Source: Candidatus Kapaibacterium sp.
GTDB taxonomy: Bacteria > Bacteroidota > Ignavibacteria > Kapaibacteriales > UBA2268
Length of the DNA: 64,000 bases
Direction: 5' to 3'
Assembly (NCBI GenBank): GCA_963665665.1
Contig: OY762428.1
Coordinates: forward strand, 3,200,001-3,264,000
Shown here: in pieces, positions 9,395-18,858 of the stretch
How the letters are laid out: each line of letters starts with the position of its first letter
How positions within the stretch are numbered: position 1 is the stretch's first letter
Notes under the pieces: generated by a model
Database searches by the model: none
The model's input: the letters and a program-made list of their open reading frames with translations, nothing else
Told to the model about the DNA's origin: nothing
Translations under genes and position numbers: made by a program

Positions 9395-10630
9395 ATGATG
9401 GCTGACAAAAAGTATGAAACCCCGATGCTGGACGAACTCGAAAAGGGGGGATGGCCAAGTTTCATAACCGAAATTAAATTGGCTGCTGAAACGAATGCCA
9501 TGTCCAACGACCTCCTTGGATTGCTCGAACAGTCCTACGACGAGGGAATTGGCCACTGGAAACATGGCGGTATTGTTGGCGTTATGGGCTATGGCGGCGG
9601 TGTAATTGGCCGTTATACAGACCTGGCCGAGAAATACCCGAATATTTCTCACTTCCATACGATGCGTATTAATCAGCCCGCCGGCTGGTATTATACCGCA
9701 GACGTTTTAGATAAAATATGTGATGTTTGGGACGAACACGGTTCCGGGCTTACAAACATGCACGGTTCCACTGGTGATATCGTTTTACTTGGTACGACAA
9801 CAGACAATCTGGAACCAACATTCCAGAAATTAGCGCAGATGGGTTTTGACCTTGGCGGTTCAGGTTCAAATGTTAGAACTCCGAGCTGCTGCTGTGGTAA
9901 ATCACGCTGCGAATGGGCATGCTATGATACAATGGCACTGACTCACTATATTACTAATAAATACCAGGATGAGCTTCACAGGCCTCAGTTCCCGTACAAA
10001 TTTAAATTTAAAATGTCCGGTTGCCCGAACGACTGCGTAGCATCAGTTGCAAGATCCGATATGTCTATTATCGGTACATGGCGCGATGAAATCCAGGTTG
10101 ATGAAGCAGCCGTTCTTGAATATGCTAATAACGGCACGGATATTTTCCACGAAATAGTACTTAATTGCCCCGGTAAATGTATGCATTGGGACGGTAAGAA
10201 ACTTGATATTGATAATTCAAGCTGCCGCCACTGTATGCACTGTATCAATGTGATGCCAAAAGCACTTGCACCAGGCAAAGACCGCGGTGCTACAATTCTT
10301 ATGGGTGCAAAGGCTCCTATTATCGAAGGCGCTCTCTTGTCATCAGTATTTATTCCCTTCCTGAAAATCGAAGAACCATTTGATGATATAATGGTTAACG
10401 AAGAAATGACTCTTTGGGATATGGTCGATAATATTTGGGACATCTGGTCGGACGAAGGTAAGAACCGCGAAAGAGTCGGCGAATTCATTCAAAGAGTCGG
10501 CTTAGGTAACTTCCTGGAAGAAATCGGACTTGACCCGACGCCTGAAATGGTTGCTCATCCGAGAGAAAACCCGTATATCTTCTACGAAGATTATTTCGAA
10601 GAAGGCGACGAGGACGAGGAAGAAGAATAA
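9395..10630 (+). CDS. dsrA: Dissimilatory sulfite reductase alpha subunit
   Basis: TPMLDELEKGGWPSF, HWKHGGIVGV, FPYKFKFKMSGCPNDC. Confidence 0.98.
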   Translation: MMADKKYETPMLDELEKGGWPSFITEIKLAAETNAMSNDLLGLLEQSYDEGIGHWKHGGIVGVMGYGGGVIGRYTDLAEKYPNISHFHTMRINQPAGWYYTADVLDKICDVWDEHGSGLTNMHGSTGDIVLLGTTTDNLEPTFQKLAQMGFDLGGSGSNVRTPSCCCGKSRCEWACYDTMALTHYITNKYQDELHRPQFPYKFKFKMSGCPNDCVASVARSDMSIIGTWRDEIQVDEAAVLEYANNGTDIFHEIVLNCPGKCMHWDGKKLDIDNSSCRHCMHCINVMPKALAPGKDRGATILMGAKAPIIEGALLSSVFIPFLKIEEPFDDIMVNEEMTLWDMVDNIWDIWSDEGKNRERVGEFIQRVGLGNFLEEIGLDPTPEMVAHPRENPYIFYEDYFEEGDEDEEEE

Positions 10631-10689
10631 TTTTAAGAAAATTGTTTTTAAAATAACTAAACAACAACAATTTTAAAGGAAGTAATAAA

Positions 10690-11775
10690 ATGGCAGAAGA
10701 TAAACCGAAAAGAATTACCGATATCGGGCCGCCCCATTATGAACAATTTTTGCCGCCCATTATAAAAGAAAATTACGGTAAATGGAAATATCATGAAATT
10801 CCAAGAGCCGGTGTTCTTGTTCACACTGCAGACAATGGTGATAAATTATATTCTGTTCGCGCAGCTACACCACGTATTTTAAGTACTGCAAAAATTCGTA
10901 TGATCACAGGCCTGGCACGTAAATATTGTGACGGGTATCTAAGATTTACATCACGTCATAATATTGAATTCCTTCTTACAAAAGAAGAAAATATCGATCC
11001 GCTTATTGCAGAACTTAAAAAACTCGGGCATCCGGTTGGCGGTACAGGAAATTCCATTTCCAGTATCGTACATACACAGGGCTGGGTACACTGCCACTCG
11101 GCAGCCACTGATGCTTCAGGTATCGTTAAATCTGTTATGGATGACCTTGTAGACCACTTCGAAAATATGGATCTTCCTGCAAAGATCAGAATCGCCCTGG
11201 CATGCTGCCTGAATATGTGCGGTGCTGTTCACTGTTCGGATATTGCTATTCTTGGTGTTCACAGGCGTCCGCCCCAGATTAACCACAATACACTTAACAA
11301 ACAGTGTGAAATTCCTAACCTGGTAGCTTCGTGCCCTACAGCTGCAATTAAACCTACAACAACACCCGATGGTAAACCGTCTGTGGAAGTTAATGACGAG
11401 TTGTGTATGTTCTGTGCAAACTGCTATACTGTTTGTCCGTCCATGCCTCTTGCCGATCCGCTGAATGACGGCGTTTCTATATGGGTTGGCGGTAAGGTAT
11501 CCAATGCAAGGACAGAACCGCAGTTCTCGAAACTCGCTATACCGTTTATCCCGAACGAGCCGCCGCGCTGGCCAAGTGTTGTGAAGGCAGTTCATACTAT
11601 TGTTGATGTATGGTCCAAAAATGCTCACAAGCACGAACGTATTGGCGAATGGATCGACAGAATCGGATGGAAGAAATTCTTTGATATGACTGGTATCGAG
11701 TTCGAAAAAGAACATATTGACGACTTCAAACATGCCGGGCTTACATTCAAGCGTTCGGCACACATGACTTACTAA
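10690..11775 (+). CDS. dsrB: Dissimilatory sulfite reductase beta subunit
   Basis: [42 protein letters not shown]. Confidence 0.98.
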   Translation: MAEDKPKRITDIGPPHYEQFLPPIIKENYGKWKYHEIPRAGVLVHTADNGDKLYSVRAATPRILSTAKIRMITGLARKYCDGYLRFTSRHNIEFLLTKEENIDPLIAELKKLGHPVGGTGNSISSIVHTQGWVHCHSAATDASGIVKSVMDDLVDHFENMDLPAKIRIALACCLNMCGAVHCSDIAILGVHRRPPQINHNTLNKQCEIPNLVASCPTAAIKPTTTPDGKPSVEVNDELCMFCANCYTVCPSMPLADPLNDGVSIWVGGKVSNARTEPQFSKLAIPFIPNEPPRWPSVVKAVHTIVDVWSKNAHKHERIGEWIDRIGWKKFFDMTGIEFEKEHIDDFKHAGLTFKRSAHMTY

Positions 11776-11791
11776 TATTTAGGAGGCTATA

Positions 11792-12049
11792 ATGGCTGAT
11801 ATGGTTGCAGTAGAAGAAGTCGCTGAAGCTATGTATAAGATGATAAAAGACACTATGGGTATGAAAAAATGGAAAGCTCCTGATTTACACAAAGCATGTC
11901 TGGAGATTTACGGGCCTGACGGCTATAACAAGAGAAAAAATGGCAAGTTAGCCATTCAGCAACTTGTTGACTCAGGACGCCTGGTTTATACCTACTTTGG
12001 TGGTTCTTATCTTGAAATACCACACGCTGAAGGCGCTTCGAACGATTAG
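11792..12049 (+). CDS. dsrD: DsrD (divergent winged-helix DsrAB activator)
   Basis: 85 aa directly after dsrB; LVDSGRLVYTYFGGS resembles the DsrD C-terminal motif. Confidence 0.8.
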   Translation: MADMVAVEEVAEAMYKMIKDTMGMKKWKAPDLHKACLEIYGPDGYNKRKNGKLAIQQLVDSGRLVYTYFGGSYLEIPHAEGASND

Positions 12050-12079
12050 TCGTTTGTTCTTTGCTTTATAAATATCTTT

Positions 12080-12109
12080 GGATGCCTGCCTTTGTAAAGG
12101 CGGGCATCC
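12080..12109 (+). terminator. Stem-loop between dsrD and dsrN
   Basis: GGATGCCTGCCTTT-GT-AAAGGCGGGCATCC; no U-tract. Confidence 0.5.
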
Positions 12110-12153
12110 GGGATAATAATAATCCGGAATTCAGAAGGAATAAGGAATTATAC

Positions 12154-13542
12154 TTGAAATTACCAAGATTGATTGTTGCCGGCCTTGCAGGCGACTCCGG
12201 AAAAACCATTGTAAGCTGCGGATTGCTGAAAGCAATGTCTGAAATGGGAATGAATTGCGGCCCGTTTAAAAAAGGGCCTGATTACATTGATCCCGAATGG
12301 CTGCAAATAGCTTCCGGAAATACGTGCAGGAATCTTGATACCTGGATGATGGGCAAAGAAAAAACATTGAGTTCTTTTACAAATAACGCTATCAGGTTTG
12401 ATATTAACCTGATTGAAGGAAATCGCGGCCTTTTTGACGGTTTTGACAAACACGGTACTCACAGTACTGCGGAGCTTGCTAAATTACTAAAAGCTCCCGT
12501 AATTTTATCGATAACCGTGAAAAAGGTTACGAGAACGGTCTCTGCTTATGTTCTCGGATGCAAAATGCTTGACCCTGATCTGAATATCGCGGGTGTGATA
12601 CTTAACCAGGTGTCCAACAAAAGGCAGAAGGAACTACTAAAATGCGCGATAGAAGATGATACGGGAGTGCCGGTTCTGGGAACAATTCCCAGGTTTGGCA
12701 ACACTGATATACTTCCTTCAAGGCATCTCGGGCTTGTTACTCCGGGAGAATTTGACCTTTCGAACGATACTATGGCGCAAGTTGGCAAATTGATTGCCGA
12801 TAACTGCGATATGGAAAGAATTATTGAAATTGCAGGCAAGGCTCCTGATATCAATGGAAATGAATCGGCACCGGAAATTAAGAACGAGAGGACAAATGTT
12901 AAGATAGGATATTTCTATGACAGGGCATATTCCTTCTACTACAAAGAAAACCTTGAAGCTCTTGAAAAGCAGGGAGCCGAAATGATGAAAATATCATCCC
13001 TTGATGAGAAGAAATTGCCGGATATCGACGGTTTATATATTGGCGGCGGGTTTCCGGAAACGAACATTGAAAAATTAAGTAAAAACCATGGAATGCTTGA
13101 TTCCGTTAAATTTGCTGCTGGTAAAGGTATGCCAATTTACGGGGAATGCGGCGGGCTGATGTATCTTTGCAGGTCAATAGAAATTGACGGCAGTGTATAT
13201 CCTTTGGCCGATATATTTAATGCCGAATTGAAAATGAGCAGAAAACCCGAAGGGCATGGTTATATGGAGATTATATCCGACAAAGAAAACGGCTGGTTCG
13301 AAAAAAATAAGATAGTAAAAGGACATGAATTCCATTATTCTTATATTGCTGACCGTGGCGATATTGAAACATGTATGGAAGTGAAAAGGGGCAAGGGTAC
13401 GTTTGATAAAAGGGACGGCATGATCTATAAGAATACTTTCGCGGCTTATTTACATCTTCATGCAATTGCTACACCGGCCTGGGCGGAAACATTTGTCAGG
13501 CTGGCGGTAAAGTATAAAAATCAAAAAGATAATGTTTCCTGA
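12154..13542 (+). CDS. dsrN: Siroheme amidase DsrN (CbiA/CobB family)
   Basis: GDSGKT, FKKGPDYIDP, IEGNRGLFDG, YGECGGLMYL, GHEFHYS; probable TTG start at 12154 after AAGGA. Confidence 0.92.
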   Translation: MKLPRLIVAGLAGDSGKTIVSCGLLKAMSEMGMNCGPFKKGPDYIDPEWLQIASGNTCRNLDTWMMGKEKTLSSFTNNAIRFDINLIEGNRGLFDGFDKHGTHSTAELAKLLKAPVILSITVKKVTRTVSAYVLGCKMLDPDLNIAGVILNQVSNKRQKELLKCAIEDDTGVPVLGTIPRFGNTDILPSRHLGLVTPGEFDLSNDTMAQVGKLIADNCDMERIIEIAGKAPDINGNESAPEIKNERTNVKIGYFYDRAYSFYYKENLEALEKQGAEMMKISSLDEKKLPDIDGLYIGGGFPETNIEKLSKNHGMLDSVKFAAGKGMPIYGECGGLMYLCRSIEIDGSVYPLADIFNAELKMSRKPEGHGYMEIISDKENGWFEKNKIVKGHEFHYSYIADRGDIETCMEVKRGKGTFDKRDGMIYKNTFAAYLHLHAIATPAWAETFVRLAVKYKNQKDNVS

Positions 13543-13573
13543 TTTTATTTATTAATATATTGGAGAATACACT

Positions 13574-14011
13574 ATGGGTACCCAAAAAGAAGCTATTGAA
13601 AATCTCGTTGCACTCATGAAAGAATGGCAGACCATTGAGGATGCTTCCATAGCAAATACTACCGAAATTATCAAAAAATCTGATAATCCGCTTATACATA
13701 TCGTAATGGAAATTATCAGGCAGGATTCTGCAATGCACCGCAGGGTTCAGCAGTTGATAATCGACCATTTCGAGAACAAGGCTATCACTCTTTCTCCCGA
13801 TGAACTTGTAGACTTCTGGGATCTGGTGGAAGAGCATGATGAAATTGAACAGAAAACAATTAAATTGGCTGAAAAAGCATTGACAACAACTAATTCTCCG
13901 CTGGCTCAGTACCTGCTTGAATATCTTCTGACCGATGAGAAGAAACATGATAAGCTTCTCGACGAAATGGCAAAGATCAAAAAAGGTATGACGCCTTACG
14001 GTGGATTTTAA
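13574..14011 (+). CDS. Ferritin-like four-helix-bundle protein
   Basis: Duplicated E...DSxxH / E...DExxH pattern; GGAG RBS. Confidence 0.75.
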   Translation: MGTQKEAIENLVALMKEWQTIEDASIANTTEIIKKSDNPLIHIVMEIIRQDSAMHRRVQQLIIDHFENKAITLSPDELVDFWDLVEEHDEIEQKTIKLAEKALTTTNSPLAQYLLEYLLTDEKKHDKLLDEMAKIKKGMTPYGGF

Positions 14012-14059
14012 TAAAGGTTGACAAAATGAAACATAAGGTTTCGAAAGGAGAAAATAGAA

Positions 14060-15817
14060 TTGGCAAAATTAGTTAAAAAGAAAAAGAAAAAAGGGTTGCG
14101 TGCCAGATCCGGCTTTGGTGGCGGCGGTAGTGGCGGCGGAGCACAGGAAACCTCGCCGTTTCGCCCTAAACATACACCGAAAACCCCTCCTTGCATGGGG
14201 AATTGTCCGAGCGGTACAAAGATACGTGAAATTATCATGACAATTGCCCAGACAGAAGACGCGGGGCGTACTTATGAAGAATCATATAACCAGGCTCTGG
14301 AAATGCTGCTCGAAAAGAACCCGTTCCCGGCAGTTTGCGGAAGGGTTTGTCCTCATCCCTGCGAATCAGGATGTAACCGCCAGTATAAGCAGGGCGAGGG
14401 AGAAGGGGCAGTATCAATTAACAATATTGAAAGATTTCTTGGCGACTGGGCTATTGAGCACAATGTGCCTGTACCAAAATTATCTGATGAATCTTTTGAT
14501 GAAAAAATTGCTATTATCGGTGCCGGTCCCGCCGGGCTGTCGGCAGCTTATCAGTTAGCACGCAAAGGATATAAAAATATTACCGTATTCGAAGCATTTA
14601 GCAAGGGTGGCGGTATGATGCGCTATGGAATTCCTGATTACAGGCTTCCCGGCGATGTTCTTGATAATGAAATAAAAAGAATTACCGATCTTGGCGTTGA
14701 AATAAAATACAATACCATTATTGGTAAAGATATTGAGTACACAAAACTCCAGGAAGAATACGATGCAATCTTTGTTGGTATCGGTGCCCACAGGGGCAGG
14801 CTTCTTGGAATTGATGGCGAGAATGCGCCAAATGTATGGACCGGAACAGAATTTCTGAATAAGATAAATTCGGGCGAAACAATTGATGTAGGTGATAAAG
14901 TTCTGGTAATTGGCGGTGGTGATACTGCTATTGATGCTGCTCGTATTTCGCGCAGGCTTGGCGCCGAAGTTACCATAGTTTATCGTCGTACAAGAAATGA
15001 AATGCCCGCAATCGAAGAAGAAATTGTCGGCGCTGAAGAAGAAGACGTTGAATTCCACTTCCTTGCTGCTCCTGTAGAGTTTGCAATGGACGGAGAGAAC
15101 GTAAAATCAATGAAATGCCAGCAGATGGAACTTGGTGAACCCGATGCATCAGGCAGGCGGCGTCCCGTTCCTATCGAAGGTGAATACTTTGATATAGAAG
15201 CCACTACAGTTATTGCTGCTATAAGCCAGGAACCTGACTTTGACGGCCTTGATATGCTTCACGAAGGCCGCGACTGGGTGAAAGCTGATGATAAATTCAA
15301 GGCCCCGCAGGAAAAAACTTATGCCGGCGGTGATGCTTTGGATCTTGGCCTTGTTACTGTTGCAATTTTCCAGGGCAGGATGGCTGCTGATACTATGCAT
15401 AAAAACTTCCGTGGTATCGAACCGGAACCGCTTCCGGAATCTGAAGTGGTTACAAAAGATCAGATAGTATTCAGCTATTACATGGAAAAAGCACGCCACG
15501 AAGCTGAACACCTTCCTCCTTCGGAAAGACTGAAAAGCCTTGAGAAGGAAATCGAATGTACCTTTACAGAAGAAGAGCTTATTGACGAAACCAAACGCTG
15601 CATGAGCTGCGGTTCATGCTTTGATTGCGGAACCTGCTGGAGCCTTTGTCAGGACCAGGTATTTGTTAAGCCGCCTTTGAAAACATTCGAGCCTTACAAA
15701 ATGAAACTTGACCTTTGCAAGGGCTGCAACAAATGTGCTGAAAGTTGCCCCTGCGGATATATTGAAATGATCCACCCGATTACGGGCGAAAAAGCAAAAA
15801 TTGAAAGAGTGAAATAA
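14060..15817 (+). CDS. dsrL: DsrL NAD(P)H:FeS flavoprotein, YRR-containing (DsrL-2 type)
   Basis: NPFPAVCGRVCPHPCE, GAGPAG, GGGDTAID, YRR; C-terminal RCMSCG plus ferredoxin ending CPCGYI; lies in the dsr operon. Confidence 0.93.
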   Translation: MAKLVKKKKKKGLRARSGFGGGGSGGGAQETSPFRPKHTPKTPPCMGNCPSGTKIREIIMTIAQTEDAGRTYEESYNQALEMLLEKNPFPAVCGRVCPHPCESGCNRQYKQGEGEGAVSINNIERFLGDWAIEHNVPVPKLSDESFDEKIAIIGAGPAGLSAAYQLARKGYKNITVFEAFSKGGGMMRYGIPDYRLPGDVLDNEIKRITDLGVEIKYNTIIGKDIEYTKLQEEYDAIFVGIGAHRGRLLGIDGENAPNVWTGTEFLNKINSGETIDVGDKVLVIGGGDTAIDAARISRRLGAEVTIVYRRTRNEMPAIEEEIVGAEEEDVEFHFLAAPVEFAMDGENVKSMKCQQMELGEPDASGRRRPVPIEGEYFDIEATTVIAAISQEPDFDGLDMLHEGRDWVKADDKFKAPQEKTYAGGDALDLGLVTVAIFQGRMAADTMHKNFRGIEPEPLPESEVVTKDQIVFSYYMEKARHEAEHLPPSERLKSLEKEIECTFTEEELIDETKRCMSCGSCFDCGTCWSLCQDQVFVKPPLKTFEPYKMKLDLCKGCNKCAESCPCGYIEMIHPITGEKAKIERVK

Positions 15818-15866
15818 TTTTAAGATTTTTTTTATAACCTTTTTTTTAACAACATTGGGAGATAAC

Positions 15867-16184
15867 ATGCCAGTATTTGAATTTGAAAATGTTAAAATCG
15901 AAGTCGACGAAGACGGTTTCATGGAAAACCCGGAAGAATGGAATGAAGATGTAGCCAAAGCTTTGGCAACAACTGAAGATGTTAATGATCTTACTGAAGA
16001 ACATTGGAAACTTATTAACTATCTTCGTGATTACTACCAGAAATACGGGATTGCACCTATGATCCGTAAACTTTGCAAAGAAACAGGATTCCCGCTGAAA
16101 AAAGTTTATGAACTTTTCCCATCAGGACCTGCCAAGGGTGCTTGTAAAGTTGCCGGACTTGCCAAACCTACCGGTTGCGTTTAA
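15867..16184 (+). CDS. dsrC: Sulfur carrier protein DsrC
   Basis: C-terminus GPAKGACKVAGLAKPTGCV with both conserved Cys. Confidence 0.97.
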   Translation: MPVFEFENVKIEVDEDGFMENPEEWNEDVAKALATTEDVNDLTEEHWKLINYLRDYYQKYGIAPMIRKLCKETGFPLKKVYELFPSGPAKGACKVAGLAKPTGCV

Positions 16185-16206
16185 TCTTAACGCTTTTATT
16201 AAAACC

Positions 16207-16244
16207 GCCACCTCTGATTTATGTATCGGAGGTGGTTTTTTTTT
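16207..16244 (+). terminator. Rho-independent terminator after dsrC
   Basis: CCACCTCTGAT/ATCGGAGGTGG stem followed by a T-run. Confidence 0.85.
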
Positions 16245-16308
16245 ATATAAAATTTAAGTATATTATATTTTATAAATGTAAATACTATCTCAGATCTTAG
16301 GCGGAGCA

Positions 16309-18057
16309 ATGAATAATAATACAAGTAAAAAAAATACAAGTAAAAAATTTAAAGATGATTTTTATAATCTTATTCCATTCAATGTTGCAATAATTGACAA
16401 AAAATTCAATGTAATAGATGCAAACCGGAACTTTATAAATACTTTTGGAGAATTTACAGAAAAGAAATGCTTTCAGATTTGTAAAAAGTCTGAGAAAAAG
16501 TGTTCTTTTTGCAGGATCGAGGAGGTTTTTAAAACAGGTAAATCATTGGTCGCCAACGAAACTGTTTTCGATTCTGATGGTGATTCTATTGAAACTCTCG
16601 TTTATTTTTCACCTGTAAAGAATGAAGAGGGCCGGGTAACAGAAGTTATTGAAATGTCGTACAGGATAGTTGATTCAACCCAATGGCAAAGAGATTACAA
16701 TATTCTGTTCGAAAGAGTACCAAACTATATAACAATTATTGATAAAAATTTTAAAATCGTAAGGGCAAACAAAAAATTCAGGGATACTTTCGGCGAAGCA
16801 CGCGGCCAGCATTGCTACAAAGTATATAAGAACAGGCGTACCCCCTGCAAAAAATGCCCTGCCGCTCATACATTCAGGGATGGTTATGATCATTCCTCGG
16901 CAGAAGTTGGAATCAGCATGGGTGGGGATAATGTGCATTACATGGTTACAACAACGCCAATCGTAAAAAATGACAAGGGTGTTGAACTTGTAATGGAAAT
17001 ATGCAGTGATATTACAGAACTGAATGAACTTGAAAACCAGCTCAGGCAGGCCCATGACTTTTATGCCCGGCTTATTAAAAATTCAGAGGACGGTATTATT
17101 GGTATTGACCAAAAGGGAAAAGTCCAGATATTTAATGATTCTGCCAAAAAAATACTTGACTGGCCTTTCAATCGAAAACCTGTTCTTGCAAGGATAAAGG
17201 AAATGTTCCCCGACGAAATATTTTATCCCTCATCGGATAATGGTACTGTAATATCGCCAGGAGAAGGAAAGATAAAAAATTTCAATGGAAAAGATATACC
17301 TGTCAGGTTAAATGTGATTGAAATAAAAGCTAAGAAAAATGTTCTGGGAAGAGCCGTTTTTATCAGGGATATGCGGGAAATTAAAAATCTTGAAATTAAA
17401 AATTACGAAGCCGAGAATTTGAACGAGCAATCAATGGGTATGTCGCTATTGAATACATCTGTACTTAATGTGATGGACAGTTATGAAAATAAAATATCAT
17501 CACTATTATCTTCAGATGTCAGCCAGTCTGCTAAAGAAAATAATATAAAATCAATAATTGATTCCGCTAAAATAGAAATTAAAAGACTTATGAATAAGTC
17601 CAAAGAGGAATCACTCGGAATGAAAATAATCAGCCCTAATGATTTTATTATTGATTTTGCTAACGAGCATTATACCGGAAAAGCCGATTTAAAATTTAAT
17701 CCCGGAGAAACAAAACCCCGGCCGATAATTATTGAACCGGATGAAGTCAGGGAATGCCTTAATTTGCTGTGTAATATTCTGTGGAGCAATTCCTCTTCAC
17801 CGCATTTTGTACCTGTTATCAATTGCTATGTATCGGATATGGACAATGAGAATCTTGAACTTCAGCTTATGATAGATTCTGAATATATTAAATCCATACC
17901 CCTGGATAGTTTCGAGCTTATTGACGCCAGGAAAATAATCCGTAATCATGGTGGTAATATTAATATTAACATCCATAATGATTCTTTTTCTTTCATTCTG
18001 GAACTTAACCGTCCGCGTTTGGAATTAATTGCAGAGCAAAGAATGAATATAGGCTGA
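16309..18057 (+). CDS. Multi-PAS sensor with Cys-rich PAS domains and a degenerate kinase-like C-terminus
   Basis: Three PAS repeats; C-x10-C-x2-C in PAS1 and PAS2; no recognisable H-box or G-boxes. Confidence 0.8.
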   Translation: MNNNTSKKNTSKKFKDDFYNLIPFNVAIIDKKFNVIDANRNFINTFGEFTEKKCFQICKKSEKKCSFCRIEEVFKTGKSLVANETVFDSDGDSIETLVYFSPVKNEEGRVTEVIEMSYRIVDSTQWQRDYNILFERVPNYITIIDKNFKIVRANKKFRDTFGEARGQHCYKVYKNRRTPCKKCPAAHTFRDGYDHSSAEVGISMGGDNVHYMVTTTPIVKNDKGVELVMEICSDITELNELENQLRQAHDFYARLIKNSEDGIIGIDQKGKVQIFNDSAKKILDWPFNRKPVLARIKEMFPDEIFYPSSDNGTVISPGEGKIKNFNGKDIPVRLNVIEIKAKKNVLGRAVFIRDMREIKNLEIKNYEAENLNEQSMGMSLLNTSVLNVMDSYENKISSLLSSDVSQSAKENNIKSIIDSAKIEIKRLMNKSKEESLGMKIISPNDFIIDFANEHYTGKADLKFNPGETKPRPIIIEPDEVRECLNLLCNILWSNSSSPHFVPVINCYVSDMDNENLELQLMIDSEYIKSIPLDSFELIDARKIIRNHGGNININIHNDSFSFILELNRPRLELIAEQRMNIG

Positions 18058-18294
18058 TTAAGTTAGAATATTTATCTTTCATTTAAAACCAAGAGTCAGA
18101 CAAGCTAAGGCTTGTGCAACAATTCGAACACAAAAAATAAAAATAATAGGCCTCACGGTTGTTGAAGTCATACTTTTATGTTTATTTATAGTTTGATAAT
18201 AAACCTTAAATGCTTGTATGGTATTGGGAAAGACGGTTTAGGCTAATTAAATATTTAGGGCGGATTAAACATCTGCTTTCGGGGGTAAAAGAAC

Positions 18295-18822
18295 ATGAGA
18301 GTAAAAGAAATTCTGGCTTCCAATAAGGGGGCAATAATAGAGAAATGGTTTGAATCCGAGATTGAATTGTATCCTGAAGAAAGTAAGAAATACTTTATCA
18401 GGATGAATAATAAATTTGGTAATCCTGTAGGAGCAAACACTTACAAGTATATAACCCGGATATTTAATGCTTTGGCCGAGGAAAAATACCAGGATACCGA
18501 AAAACCTCTGTCTGATTTGATGCATATAAGGGCTGTACAGGAAATCCGGCCTTCAGTTTCAGCAGGATTGTTCCTGAGGCTGAAAAATATTGTTTCGGAA
18601 TATTTGTCAGCCGGCAGCAAGAAAATCAATGACCTTAAAGATTGGGAGAGTGCATCGGATGAGCTTACGTTAAAAGCTTTTGACAGTTATTTATCATGCC
18701 GCGAGAGACTCTACGAAATAAAAGCTAATGAGATTAAGAACAGAACATTCAGAATGATTGACCGATTGAGCAGGAAATACGACAAGATAGCCCTGGAAGA
18801 AGGCGGTGAAGAAGTAAATTAA
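18295..18822 (+). CDS. dsrT: DsrT (RsbRD N-terminal domain)
   Basis: FGNPVG, IRAVQE, AFDSYLSCRERLYEIKANE; upstream of dsrM. Confidence 0.92.
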   Translation: MRVKEILASNKGAIIEKWFESEIELYPEESKKYFIRMNNKFGNPVGANTYKYITRIFNALAEEKYQDTEKPLSDLMHIRAVQEIRPSVSAGLFLRLKNIVSEYLSAGSKKINDLKDWESASDELTLKAFDSYLSCRERLYEIKANEIKNRTFRMIDRLSRKYDKIALEEGGEEVN

Positions 18823-18858
18823 TACCTGTATAAATAATTAATAATAAGGGTTGTGCCC

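Noticed and set aside
11116-11763. Long antisense ORFs (also 1310-2065, 21062-21604, 51261-51902)
   Set aside because: Shadow frames of well-supported genes, with no motifs or RBS
14060-15817. Glutamate synthase small subunit GltD
   Set aside because: The C-terminal RCMSCG-ferredoxin domain and the dsr context indicate DsrL
18112-18133. Rex operator upstream of dsrT (TTGTG...CACAA)
   Set aside because: Spacer is 12 nt rather than 8; it could bind another factor, but nothing supports that here
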